The notes beneath the pieces are model-generated. The model saw only the letters and a list, made by a program, of their open reading frames with translations, did no database searches and was not told the origin of the DNA. Below, piece by piece: positions 52,923 to 62,386 of a DNA stretch of 64,000 nt. A program made the translations under genes and the position numbers. Numbering within the stretch: the first letter of the stretch is position 1; every line of letters begins with the position of its first letter. Source of the DNA: a virus; the IMG/VR virus record IMGVR_UViG_3300036761_003779, positions 32,001 through 96,000 of that record; one strand, given 5' to 3'.

Positions 52923-54116
52923 TCAGTCGAGCCCGATGTTGATCCCCTTCACCGTCGCGGTGACCTCCTCCACCTGGACGCTCACCTTCGTCGTGATGGC
53001 GAACTGGTTCACGCCCTTGTAGATGTCCCGGTCCGTCTCGATCCGGACGTCCCGGCCGATGGCGAGGATCAGGTTCTGGAAGTCCGCCAGGACGATCTGC
53101 CCACCGGAGTGGTAGGTGATCTTGAAGATCCCGCCGGCCGCCATCGCGCCGCCGCCCACGGAGGTGACCGTCCCGAGGGTCCGGTCGACCGTGTAGTCCG
53201 TGGTCTCGAGGAGCGGCGTCACCGGGGAGGCGCCGAGGGTCGACGGGGTGACCACCACGGTCGTCCCGATGTGGTTGTAGCGGAGGACGACCGTCACCGG
53301 CGCGGCGCCGAAGGTCTTGTGCTCGACCACCCGCGGGTCCGGCTCGAGGAGCGGGACCGGGATCATCGGCACGCCGAAGACCGGGATGGTCCCGGCGGAG
53401 GTCAGGGCGGAGTCGCCGGCGGCGGTGGTCCGGGAGCTGACCTTCTCCCTCCAGTTCTGCTCCATGTCCAGGGCCATCAGGAAGCGCAGGTTGCGCCGGG
53501 TCCGGCGGAACTTCACCGGCATCTTCTTGATCATGCCGCTGAAGATCTGCGACGAGAGGTTGGCGCCGTCCGCGTCGTAGATGTTCCCGGCGTCCAGGAG
53601 GCGGAGCCACCCGTCGAACATGGCCATGAAGGAGTCCTTCACGACCTGGGTGGTGCTGCCGCCCTCCAGGAGGTCCGCCTCGGTGCGGGCGGGTCCCAGG
53701 ACGTCGCCGTTGATGAAGACCTCCTCGAGGTCGTTCGCGGTCTGAGTCGCCATCAGGCGGACGACGGTGTCCTCCACCGCCTCCCCCTCGATGTTCAGCT
53801 CCGCGAAGTTGTCGGAGATCTCGAAGGGCGTCATGACCTCACGCGGGGTGAGGGTCACCTTCGAGGTGCTCACGCCGCGGCGGAGGCCGGGGTCCTTAGC
53901 CTCCTCCTTGGGCACGCTCACGCGCTGCCCGACGCCGATCTTGTCGATCTGCATGTTCTCGTTGCGGAAGCGGACCACGCGGACCGACCCCTTCAGCTCC
54001 GTGACGTCGATCACGAAGTCGATGAAGGTGTTGGCCTGCACGTCGTTGAGCTTCCCCGCGGCGGCGATGTCCGCCGTGGTGATGATGGCCTTCTGGACCA
54101 GCTCCTCGTTCGTCAT
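52923..54116 (-). CDS. Major capsid protein (HK97 fold, XkdG-like)
   Basis: AGKLNDVQANTFID; NIEGE; DLEEVFINGD; FDGWL; NLILAIGRDVRIE; strong RBS. Confidence 0.9.
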   Translation of the reverse strand: MTNEELVQKAIITTADIAAAGKLNDVQANTFIDFVIDVTELKGSVRVVRFRNENMQIDKIGVGQRVSVPKEEAKDPGLRRGVSTSKVTLTPREVMTPFEISDNFAELNIEGEAVEDTVVRLMATQTANDLEEVFINGDVLGPARTEADLLEGGSTTQVVKDSFMAMFDGWLRLLDAGNIYDADGANLSSQIFSGMIKKMPVKFRRTRRNLRFLMALDMEQNWREKVSSRTTAAGDSALTSAGTIPVFGVPMIPVPLLEPDPRVVEHKTFGAAPVTVVLRYNHIGTTVVVTPSTLGASPVTPLLETTDYTVDRTLGTVTSVGGGAMAAGGIFKITYHSGGQIVLADFQNLILAIGRDVRIETDRDIYKGVNQFAITTKVSVQVEEVTATVKGINIGLD

Positions 54117-54188
54117 TGTCCTATCCTCCTGCTTGCCGGCGTCCTTCCGTCTGCCGGACGGGTTGTTGCCCGCGGACCTCGCCGGCCG

Positions 54189-54653
54189 CTAGGCGGGATT
54201 CCTCTTCTGCGCGCGCTGAACCACCGAGTGGACCGCGCTCCCGGCCCACTTGCTCTTCGTCGCCGGGGTGGGCTCCGGCGGCCGGGTCGTCGCGTCCGGG
54301 ACGGACTCCCCCTTGGCGACCGCGCGGACCGTCTCCATCTTCCCGATGACCGCGCCCTGCTCCTCCAGCTTCTTGTTGACGCCCGCGAGCCCGTCCTCGA
54401 CCGCCTTCTGGACGATCGCGGGGAGTCCCTCGAGCCGCTTGGCCACGGCCGCGTCCACGGCGGACTCGACCGCCTTCTGGACGTCCACCGTCGGCTCCGG
54501 CGCCGGCGGGGTCACCGCGGGGGGCGTCACCGCCGCCGCGGGGGGAGCCGGCGGGATCGCCGGCGGGGTCGTGACGGGCGCGGCCGCCTGCGGCGGCGGA
54601 GCGGCCTTGGCGGTCTCCGTGGGCGCCGCCTGTCCTTCGTGCTTCGTGCTCAT
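54189..54653 (-). CDS. Possible nested in-frame scaffolding protein
   Basis: AAGAGAAGGAGAGAGGAC immediately before in-frame ATG 54653. Confidence 0.55.
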   Translation of the reverse strand: MSTKHEGQAAPTETAKAAPPPQAAAPVTTPPAIPPAPPAAAVTPPAVTPPAPEPTVDVQKAVESAVDAAVAKRLEGLPAIVQKAVEDGLAGVNKKLEEQGAVIGKMETVRAVAKGESVPDATTRPPEPTPATKSKWAGSAVHSVVQRAQKRNPA

Positions 54654-55871
54654 GTCCTCTCTCCTTCTCTTTACGATGAAGAACTCCTCCTCGTTGGCGG
54701 CTGCGTCCACGATGGACACCTCCTCGACTCGGAGGTCAACGAACCTGCTCTTGGCGGGGTCCCCCTCGGCCTTCTCCAGGTGTTCCGGCGCCCGCTTCTC
54801 CGCGCGCGCCTCGCCCTCGTCCTCCTTGGGCCCATCCCCCTCCACGGGCACCCGGCGGGCGAAGCCGCCGATGGAGAGCCCGTTCAGCTTCTTCTCCCGG
54901 ACCCGCTTGACCAGCTCCGGGTCGTCCGTGAACAGCTCCTGGTACCAGGTCCCCTCCGCGATCTTCTTCACGCCCCCGTCCGGGAGCGGGAACTCGAAGT
55001 CGACCGGGGCGATCACGTTCTGGATGATCTTGACCTTCTCGGAGACGTCCTTCTTGTGCATGAAGCCGACGGTCTGGAACTCCCGCATGAAGCGTTCGTT
55101 CGCCCGCCGGATCTCCTCCGCGGCGGTCACGTCTCCCTCGATGTCGGGGACCTCGGGCTTCATCACGATCCCGAACATCCGGACCTGCTTCCCCTCGTCC
55201 TCCCCCTCCTCCGCCTTCCGGACGTACAGCTCCCCGCGCTTGGTCACCGCGGAGGGCGCCACCGCGCTCGGCTCGTCCTTCGGGTCCCCGGCGTCCGGGA
55301 CCGCGCGGAGGACCGGCTCCCCCGCCGGGACCTCCCGCCGCGTCCCGACCACCGCGGAGATGTCCCGCGAGATCCGCTCCCGGCGGAGGGTCGTGAACTC
55401 GAAGGCGTCCTCCGGGACCACCTCCGCGTGAATCACGTCCGCCCGGACCTTGATCTCCCGCGGCGGCATCCCGTGGTTCTCCGCCCAGGACCGCGCCGCC
55501 GGCGCCGCTCGGAACTTGTCCACGGCGAACTCCAGCTCGTGGACGTCCTCGATCGTCAGGTTCAGCGGGAGCAGGAGGGCATTCCCGCGCGCCGCCGCTT
55601 CCTCGTTCTTCGTCATCTTCTCCTCCTTCAGGCGCCCGACGACCCCCTTGACGCCGTCCGTGACCTCGATGGTCCGGAGGGTCCCGTCCTGGAAGTCGCC
55701 CGGCTCCCGCTGACGGAAGCGCCAGCTGTCCCCGGTCTCGTCCGGCGCGCCCGCCTTGACCTTGAAGTCGTGGTCCCGGACCCACTTCGAGGCGCCCTCC
55801 CGCGTGGGGAAGGTCTCCTTGGAGAGGATCAGGGTCTGCATGACCATCTGCTTCTCTGTCTCCGTTGCCAT
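54189..55871 (-). CDS. XkdF-like prohead serine protease fused to N-terminal repeat domains and a C-terminal scaffold
   Basis: GIVMKPEVPDIEGD...EEIRRA..F...GFMH...GTW...LNGLSIGG; EVSIVDAAAN; Pro/Ala-rich tail plus coiled coil; ATG 55871. Confidence 0.85.
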   Translation of the reverse strand: MATETEKQMVMQTLILSKETFPTREGASKWVRDHDFKVKAGAPDETGDSWRFRQREPGDFQDGTLRTIEVTDGVKGVVGRLKEEKMTKNEEAAARGNALLLPLNLTIEDVHELEFAVDKFRAAPAARSWAENHGMPPREIKVRADVIHAEVVPEDAFEFTTLRRERISRDISAVVGTRREVPAGEPVLRAVPDAGDPKDEPSAVAPSAVTKRGELYVRKAEEGEDEGKQVRMFGIVMKPEVPDIEGDVTAAEEIRRANERFMREFQTVGFMHKKDVSEKVKIIQNVIAPVDFEFPLPDGGVKKIAEGTWYQELFTDDPELVKRVREKKLNGLSIGGFARRVPVEGDGPKEDEGEARAEKRAPEHLEKAEGDPAKSRFVDLRVEEVSIVDAAANEEEFFIVKRRREDMSTKHEGQAAPTETAKAAPPPQAAAPVTTPPAIPPAPPAAAVTPPAVTPPAPEPTVDVQKAVESAVDAAVAKRLEGLPAIVQKAVEDGLAGVNKKLEEQGAVIGKMETVRAVAKGESVPDATTRPPEPTPATKSKWAGSAVHSVVQRAQKRNPA

Positions 55872-55879
55872 GACCCCTC

Positions 55880-56905
55880 TCAGTCCGGGACGACCACGCT
55901 GCGGCAGCGCCCGTGCAGCGGCGGCCAGATGACCCCCGCCGCGGTCAGCGCCCGGCTTGCCTCCTGCGGCCCCCGGTCCCCGATGATCTCCCGGATCTCG
56001 CCCGCGCTCCGCCAGCCGGCCAGGTCCTTCACCGCGTCCGGGTCCTCCGCCGACTCCACGCGGTCCATCAGGGACACGCCGTCGGAGACCAGGAACACCC
56101 GGTCGTGAAGCTCCGCGCACTGCTCCGAGGTCCGCTCGTCCATGACCGCCTGGAACCTGTACCGCTCGATCCCCGCGTCCCGGAGCCCGCGGAGCGCCCC
56201 GGAGGCGCTGACCCGCGCCCGGACCGTCCCGGAGAGCATCTCGAAGTAGCTCCCCTTGCTCCCGCGCCAGGTCCCCGGGACCTCGGCCGCCGGGTGCCTG
56301 GCGGTAATGACCCCCTCCATGATCCGCCCCACGTCCGCCCGACCCAGGCCGCGGAGCAGCGCCTCGCGCTGGACCGTCGCCAGGATCGTCCGGGAGAGGT
56401 GTTTCCCCCAGAGGTCCCCGATCCACCAGAGCTGCTGGCGCGCGGAGGCCGCAATCGCGCCCCGGTCCGCCCGGGAGAGGGTGGCGGAGATCCGCCCCGC
56501 CGCCTTCGGGTCCGTCGCGCGCACCGCCTCCTTCGTCCGGCGCTTGGCCAGGAGGGTCATCACGCCCAGCGCCGTGGCGAGGATCTTCAGGGTCTTGATG
56601 GTGCTCCGGTCCTCCAGCTTCGCCCCGATCTCCCCGAGCATCCCCTCGACCTCCGCGACCGCCACCTCCTCCTCGGGGAGCTCCGCGAGCGCCTCCGCCG
56701 CGGCCGGGTTGTAGTCCCCGGTCCAGTCCGCGTCGAGGTCGTCCGCCAGGTCCTGCTCCAGGGCGCGGTCCCGCGCGTCCTCCCGGAGGACCGGCTCCCG
56801 GGTCCTCCCGGAGACGGTGTCCGCCAGGGTGATCAGCTCCCCGTGGGAGAGCCCGGTCAGGAACTCCGGAGTGATCGCGGCCGCGGTCTTGGCGTCCAGC
56901 TCCAC
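55880..56905 (-). CDS. Head morphogenesis protein (SPP1 gp7 / Mu gpF family)
   Basis: YRFQAVMDERTSEQC..LH..VF...PPLHGRCRS. Confidence 0.88.
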   Translation of the reverse strand: MELDAKTAAAITPEFLTGLSHGELITLADTVSGRTREPVLREDARDRALEQDLADDLDADWTGDYNPAAAEALAELPEEEVAVAEVEGMLGEIGAKLEDRSTIKTLKILATALGVMTLLAKRRTKEAVRATDPKAAGRISATLSRADRGAIAASARQQLWWIGDLWGKHLSRTILATVQREALLRGLGRADVGRIMEGVITARHPAAEVPGTWRGSKGSYFEMLSGTVRARVSASGALRGLRDAGIERYRFQAVMDERTSEQCAELHDRVFLVSDGVSLMDRVESAEDPDAVKDLAGWRSAGEIREIIGDRGPQEASRALTAAGVIWPPLHGRCRSVVVPD

Positions 56906-59026
56906 TCAGTCCTCCTCCGGCTCCGGCTCGTCGCGGAGGTCCAGCGCCGGCGGCACGAAGCCGCCGAAGCGGGTGGCCGCCTCCGCGCGGATCATCTCCG
57001 TCAGGCGGGAGAAGGCGTCCGTGGGGTCCGTGGGGTCCCCGTCCGCGGACTCGAAGGCCGGCTCAAGCGAGCGGTCCCGCGGCCCGCCGCCCCCGACCTG
57101 GAGCCCGGAGCGCCCCTGACTCGTGGGCTCCCCGCCACCGGGCGCCGCAGAGGCGGAGGCGGTCTTCATGATCTGCGCCAGCGTGAGCGAGAAGGGCTGG
57201 TCCGGCGGGAGCAGGTCCGCGTCCACGTCCCCCAGGTCCTCGTTGACGACCCGGGACAGGAGCTTCCGCGCGATGCGCGGCGTCAGCCCGCCCGTCTTCT
57301 CCCCGGAGGCCAGGAGCTTGACCAGCTCCGCGTTCTCCGTCACGTTCGGGGAGTTGGACCGGAAGACGGACCAGGCGATCTCCAGGCGGAGGAGGACGTC
57401 CCGCGTGAAGAAGCGGTCCACCTTGGCGCGCTCCGGCGCGAAGACCTGCTCGTCCCCAAGCTTCCGGCTCGCCTCGATGGTCTTCCCGGTGAAGTCCTCG
57501 CTCTTGCCCACGTAGATGGGCGGGAAGCGCCAGGCCCGGCGCGTCCGCTCGTCGTTGGCCGCCTGGTAGTTGACGAAGAGGGCGTCCGTGTGCTGCTCCT
57601 TCGTCAGGGGCTGGATCTCGATCTTCATCGAGCCCGGGTCCCGCATCCCCTCCATCACCGGCTCCGCCTCGAGGAGGAGGAACTTGCTGTAGTTGTCGTC
57701 CCCCTGGATGGCCGCCTCGACGAACTCCTCGATCCGCTCCAGGGACTCGTCGTCCAGCTTCCCGTTGGAGACCGTGATGGCCAGGGACGGGATGTTGTTG
57801 TTCTTGAAGGTGGTGAAGTTGATCTCCTCCGCGGCCCGGGAGCCGAAGATGGAGAAGAGGTGCCCGACGTAGCGCGGGAGACCGTAGGGACTCCGCGTGC
57901 AGTACAGCCGCCGGTGTCGGACCGGGTTCGCGGCGTCCCGGACCGGGAAACCCGCGAGCCCGCGGGTCACGACCAGCCGCTCCGGGGTCCCGCCCAGTGT
58001 GAAGCGGGCCAGCTCCTCCGTCCCCTCCGCCGTCAGCTCCTCGCGCGTCACCACGTGCCCGTCCACGCAGGAGATGAGCCGCGGATCCCCCAGCTCCTTG
58101 AACCAGATCACCCGCCGGTCCCGCACCTGGACGTAGCGCCGGAACCGCTTGAAGCGGAGCTGCTGCTTCAGCTCGTAGGAGACCTCCACCCGGACCTGCT
58201 TCCGGACGCTGACCTCCCCGTCCCCCGCCGCCCCCTCCCGCATCGTCTCCGCCGGCATCCCGGGCTCCCCGGGCGACTCCTCCGGCTCCTCCGGTGCGAG
58301 CCAGCCCGGCTCCCCCTCCCCCGGCTCCCCCGGCGCGATCTCCGGGACCTCCTCGAGGCGGACCGACTTCTGGACCCGCGGGTCCAGGTACTCCGTCAGC
58401 TCCGCGTCCGCGCGCCCGATGCGCATCGTCCAGGCGGGGAGGTGGTTCAGCCCGTCCAGCTTGCCCGTCCCGGGGACCTCGATGAACTCCACGTAGCAGT
58501 TCCCGGTGGCCTCGAGGTCCCGCCGGAGCTTGTCCCGGAGGTCCTCGATGGACTCCCCCTCCGCGCAGGCGTTCTCAAAGAAGTTCTCCGCGCGGACCCG
58601 CTCCTCCTCCAGCGCCGTCAGGACCTCCAGGGAGGTGTCCTCGTTCACCGGGATCCGCGGCTCGAGCCGCCACCCGAAGGACTCGATGTTCACCGCCATG
58701 GCGTCGATGCAGGGACCCAGCTCCGTGCTGTTCTCCGGCATCACCGCCAGGGTGAGGACGTCGAAGGGCGGCTGGACGACCTTCCCCTCCCGCTCGAGGC
58801 GGGTCAGGGGGTCGTCCTCGATCTTCTGGGTGCTGCCCGCGGAGGTCCCGGGGGAGGAGGGCGCCGGCTCCGCCTCGGCCTGCAGGCGGAGCCGCTCCCC
58901 CCGCGTCCCCTTCGTGCGCATCCCGGCCAGACCGAAGACCGCCGCGCGGATGGCGTTGACGTTCCGCTTGGTGATCTCCGCCGCCGTGCCCTCGCGGGCA
59001 ATCGGGACCTCCGCCCCCAACGTCAT
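56906..59026 (-). CDS. Portal protein (PBSX-like)
   Basis: CIDAMAVNIESFG; DLEATGNCYVE; YGLPRY...N...FKNN.IP; AWRFPPIYVG; QVFAPE. Confidence 0.88.
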   Translation of the reverse strand: MTLGAEVPIAREGTAAEITKRNVNAIRAAVFGLAGMRTKGTRGERLRLQAEAEPAPSSPGTSAGSTQKIEDDPLTRLEREGKVVQPPFDVLTLAVMPENSTELGPCIDAMAVNIESFGWRLEPRIPVNEDTSLEVLTALEEERVRAENFFENACAEGESIEDLRDKLRRDLEATGNCYVEFIEVPGTGKLDGLNHLPAWTMRIGRADAELTEYLDPRVQKSVRLEEVPEIAPGEPGEGEPGWLAPEEPEESPGEPGMPAETMREGAAGDGEVSVRKQVRVEVSYELKQQLRFKRFRRYVQVRDRRVIWFKELGDPRLISCVDGHVVTREELTAEGTEELARFTLGGTPERLVVTRGLAGFPVRDAANPVRHRRLYCTRSPYGLPRYVGHLFSIFGSRAAEEINFTTFKNNNIPSLAITVSNGKLDDESLERIEEFVEAAIQGDDNYSKFLLLEAEPVMEGMRDPGSMKIEIQPLTKEQHTDALFVNYQAANDERTRRAWRFPPIYVGKSEDFTGKTIEASRKLGDEQVFAPERAKVDRFFTRDVLLRLEIAWSVFRSNSPNVTENAELVKLLASGEKTGGLTPRIARKLLSRVVNEDLGDVDADLLPPDQPFSLTLAQIMKTASASAAPGGGEPTSQGRSGLQVGGGGPRDRSLEPAFESADGDPTDPTDAFSRLTEMIRAEAATRFGGFVPPALDLRDEPEPEED

Positions 59027-59424
59027 GGCAGCCTCCCGTACACCGGCACCCCGTAGACCTCGAGGCGGACCTTACCGCCGCCCACGATCCCGGTGACCTC
59101 GAAGAAGACGGACTCCGAGTGGGCCACGCGGAAGACCTTGCGGGTCCCCGGCACGGCCATCGCCAGCACCACCGGGGTGGCCTCCGGGACGAAGGCGCCG
59201 TTGTCCGGCGTCCCGTCCGCGTGTTCCGCCCAGAAGTGAGGCTCGATAGTCGCACCCGTGCAGGGCGCGACCGGCGTGGCAACGAGCACGACCTCGTCGA
59301 AGTCGCAGCAGTTGATCCCCGCCTCCTTCTTCACCGGCAGCGCGGCGTCCGCCGCCGCCACCTCCCGGAAGCAGGAGGACGTCGGGGAGTGCGGGACCCG
59401 CGCGGTTGGCGTGACGGCTGGCAT
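59023..59424 (-). CDS. Hypothetical beta-rich protein
   Basis: GGAGGT RBS; tiles with its neighbours. Confidence 0.55.
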   Translation of the reverse strand: MPAVTPTARVPHSPTSSCFREVAAADAALPVKKEAGINCCDFDEVVLVATPVAPCTGATIEPHFWAEHADGTPDNGAFVPEATPVVLAMAVPGTRKVFRVAHSESVFFEVTGIVGGGKVRLEVYGVPVYGRLP

Positions 59425-59427
59425 GGA

Positions 59428-59970
59428 TCACCTCCCCCGGAGCGTGGTCGGCAGGAAGCCCCACTTGCCGGACTCGGGCTTCTCGATCTCGATGATCTGC
59501 TCGGACTCCGGCGCGGCCGCCGGCTCCCCGGCCGCCGCCTCCGCGCCCGGCTCCGGCGCGGACTTGGCCGCCGGCTCCGCGGAGACCGGGACGAAGGCCA
59601 CGCGGACCTCCACCGGCTCCCCGAACTTGATCGCCCCGTCCGCGCCGCGCTCGAAGGACGCCTTGAAGAGCCGCCCCGTATTGGCGTCCCGGACGATGAC
59701 GTGGGCGTCGAAGATGCCCTCGACCCAGGCGTCCAGGCTCCCGTTCGCCAGGACGATCCGGTCCGTCATGACCGCCCCGCAGATCGTGTGGACGAACTCC
59801 ATCAGCTCCTCACCCTCCCGGAGGGCCAGCTTGCCCACGCGGACGAACCGCCGCCCCAGGTTGCTCTCCCGGCGGAGCGCCGCCAGCTTCTGGACCTGCT
59901 CGTCCGTCAGCCGCGCGCCGCTCTGGATGGCCTTCTTCAGCTCGACCAGCTCCGCCCCGTTCTTCATCAT
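59428..59970 (-). CDS. Hypothetical protein, possibly head-assembly related
   Basis: AWVEGIFDAHVIV...LFKASF...IKFGEPVEV motif; GGAGGT RBS. Confidence 0.55.
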   Translation of the reverse strand: MMKNGAELVELKKAIQSGARLTDEQVQKLAALRRESNLGRRFVRVGKLALREGEELMEFVHTICGAVMTDRIVLANGSLDAWVEGIFDAHVIVRDANTGRLFKASFERGADGAIKFGEPVEVRVAFVPVSAEPAAKSAPEPGAEAAAGEPAAAPESEQIIEIEKPESGKWGFLPTTLRGR

Positions 59971-61508
59971 CGTACACCTCCTGCGGTGATGGAGATCCCG
60001 GCGCGCAGCCGCCGCGTCCGGGGTCCCCCGAAAAGTCCGACCTTCCGCTTCCGCGTCTTCCGTGCCCGGACCACGCAGCCCAGCGTCACCGCCAGGTCAA
60101 GGGCGTCGAACAGATCGTCGTACCTCCCCTTGGGGAAGCCAACCAGTTGGTCCTCCAGGTCCGAGTGGAGGCTCCGCCGGTGGAAGATCCTCCCGGCCTC
60201 GTAGCGCGCGGCCAGCTTCCACGCGCGGGTCACCTTGTCCGTCAGCGTCACGATCGGGACGCAGCGGTCCCCGATGGTCTCCCCCAGCTCCCGGTACACG
60301 GCATGCAGGCGCGCCTTCTGGAAGGCGGTCGCCTCGATCCCGAACCGGATGGGGTCCCAGCGGTCGAAGATGTACTCCGCCCGCGCGATCTGCATGCCGT
60401 AGGGAATCTTGCCATGGTAGCGGTCCAGGACATAGACCCGGAGCCCATGTTGACTCTCGTTCTCCCGGTCGTCGACCCCGATGACCGCGTCCGCGTACTC
60501 ATCCTGCTGCTCCTCCTCCGCGATCGCCAGATCGCACGCGCTCCAGACCTTGAGCTCAAGCCGCCGGACCAGGTCCTCCGGCTCCTCGTCGTACCAGATG
60601 AACATCTCGTCCTTGAAGATGTCCCCCTTCATCCGCTTGGTGCTCTGCTGCATCTGACTGTCGAAGTGGGCGGAGCCCATGGAGATCCGGAGCGCCTTCA
60701 GATCCTCCGTCGGGAGCATCTCCTCCAGGACGGAGACCCCGTTCACGTCCGCCGCCCCGGTCTCCGGGTTCACCAGCGCCGGGACCTCGCAGACGTTCCC
60801 GGCGAACTTGGCGTCCTCCTCGATGGCGCGCCCGTAGACGTCCTCAGGGTGATAGCGCGTCCCGACGAGGTCCATCTCCCCCGGGGTCCCGTCCGCCCGG
60901 ACCATCATCAGGGTCGGGACGAGCGTCTTGTAGAAGAAGGTGTGGATCCGCTCCCGCTCCCCGTCCGTCCGGGAGTTCTTCTCGTCCACAAGGTCGTCCG
61001 CCTTCACGTGGTCGAAGTGCTTGGAGGTGACCGGCCCGTCCGCGCCGGCGGCGAGCCAGGTCGGCTCCTTGAACTGCCGGGTCCGCGTCTTGACCGTGGC
61101 CTCCCCCGTCCCCCACTTCTCCCCGCGGAGGTCCCCGAACAGCTCGCAGAAGCGGTCCACCAGGAAGCAGCCCTGGATCTCCGCCAGGATGTCCTTGGAC
61201 TGATCCTTGACGCGGGAGCCAATGAGGATGCGGATGTTGGGCTCCACCAGCGGGAGGAGCACGGAGTCCACGACGGTCAGGATCGTCGACTTCCCGGAGC
61301 CCCGCGGCGCCAGGTAGATTCGCCACGGCCCGGGGAGGTTTCGCTTCGCCTGGATCAGAATCCAGTGGAAAGGCAGGACGTCGTAGCCCAGGACCCGCGC
61401 CAGGACGTCCAGCCGCCGGTCCTCCCGGATGAGCTTCCGCTGAAGCTCCGCCTTTGACTCGGCGATCTTGTCCAGTTCCTTCCGGATCTCATCGGCGGTC
61501 GGGATCAT
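59967..61508 (-). CDS. terL: Terminase large subunit
   Basis: LAPRGSGKS Walker A; ADDLVD Walker B; GTRYHPED; nuclease acidic motifs ACDLA, FGIE and YDDLFDAL. Confidence 0.92.
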   Translation of the reverse strand: MIPTADEIRKELDKIAESKAELQRKLIREDRRLDVLARVLGYDVLPFHWILIQAKRNLPGPWRIYLAPRGSGKSTILTVVDSVLLPLVEPNIRILIGSRVKDQSKDILAEIQGCFLVDRFCELFGDLRGEKWGTGEATVKTRTRQFKEPTWLAAGADGPVTSKHFDHVKADDLVDEKNSRTDGERERIHTFFYKTLVPTLMMVRADGTPGEMDLVGTRYHPEDVYGRAIEEDAKFAGNVCEVPALVNPETGAADVNGVSVLEEMLPTEDLKALRISMGSAHFDSQMQQSTKRMKGDIFKDEMFIWYDEEPEDLVRRLELKVWSACDLAIAEEEQQDEYADAVIGVDDRENESQHGLRVYVLDRYHGKIPYGMQIARAEYIFDRWDPIRFGIEATAFQKARLHAVYRELGETIGDRCVPIVTLTDKVTRAWKLAARYEAGRIFHRRSLHSDLEDQLVGFPKGRYDDLFDALDLAVTLGCVVRARKTRKRKVGLFGGPRTRRLRAGISITAGGVR

Positions 61509-61567
61509 GCGGTAAAGGTGTACACCGGGTCCGGTGGCGGTCCCACTCCAATGAGCGCATCTACCGC

Positions 61568-61595
61568 TAGACCCGGGCGCCCCCGCTGTTAAGAT
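61568..61595 (+). promoter_or_regulatory. Candidate promoter
   Basis: TAGACC-N16-TAAGAT with TGn; followed by AGGAGG and ATG 61613. Confidence 0.5.
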
Positions 61596-61612
61596 GGGGT
61601 CAGGAGGCCAGG

Positions 61613-62386
61613 ATGAGCAGCAACACAGCCAAGCTCCAGGACGTCCTGGAGGGGAGGACCGGGAACCGCGCCCGGACCCTCCGGGTGGCCCGGGAGGGTC
61701 TGCCGCACCTCAACGCGCAGGGGACGAACGGCGTGGACAACCTCCAGGCGCTGAACAAGCGCCGGCGGGACGTCGTCCAGTACCGCGCCTGCGTGGCGCT
61801 CGGGTGGGCCCGGGAGCAGATCCTGGAGGAGACCGACTGGCCGCTCCAGCGCCTCATGGCCGTGGAGCAAATCGTCCGGGAGGAGGACCGCCGGATCTGG
61901 GGGCAGGTGGACCCGGTGGCCGTCTTCGCGGAGTACCGCGAGCAGCAGCTCCTCTGCGCCAAGGAGCTGGAGGACCTGGCGACCTCCTTCCGGGACTCCC
62001 GGCAGTTCTCCGCGCTGGTCGGCGCGGTCAAGGCCCGGTCGGACCTCCTGGACAAGATCATCAAGGTGGGCCAGGAGCTGGGGCTCATCAAGCGAGCGGC
62101 CCGGGAGATCAGCGTCCACGGAGCCGTGGACGTCCGCTCCCTCTCCGTCTCGGAGCTGCGCGTCCACCTGGAGAAGGAGGTCTCCGGCCTCCGGAAACTC
62201 CTGGCGCCGCCGCCCGACGTCTCCGGCGCCCCCGGCGTCGTCCTCCGGCGCGTCCTGACCGGCCGCAGTCAGGAGGTGGGCGGAAACATCGCGAATGAGG
62301 CACCCCCGACAGCCCAGGAGCCCGCCAACCCGGCCCCCCGGGCGTCCGGGCCTCGGGTCAAGCGCCTCGCGCCGGACGAGCCCTAG
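61613..62386 (+). CDS. Putative terminase small subunit
   Basis: HTH-like segment, helical hairpin, and ISVHGAVDVRSLSVSEL C-terminal motif typical of TerS; adjacent to TerL but divergent. Confidence 0.5.
   Translation: MSSNTAKLQDVLEGRTGNRARTLRVAREGLPHLNAQGTNGVDNLQALNKRRRDVVQYRACVALGWAREQILEETDWPLQRLMAVEQIVREEDRRIWGQVDPVAVFAEYREQQLLCAKELEDLATSFRDSRQFSALVGAVKARSDLLDKIIKVGQELGLIKRAAREISVHGAVDVRSLSVSELRVHLEKEVSGLRKLLAPPPDVSGAPGVVLRRVLTGRSQEVGGNIANEAPPTAQEPANPAPRASGPRVKRLAPDEP

Noticed and set aside
55872-56426. N-terminal extension of the 745-aa track ORF
   Set aside because: Out-of-frame overlap with the head morphogenesis gene; the real start is ATG 55871.
9385-61457. Many long plus-strand ORFs (e.g. 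9385-12207, 20179-22668, 53109-56108, 55913-59056)
   Set aside because: Antisense shadows expected from high-GC codon bias, with no motifs. The HNH at 6756-7331 differs because it has a full catalytic motif, an RBS and a candidate promoter.
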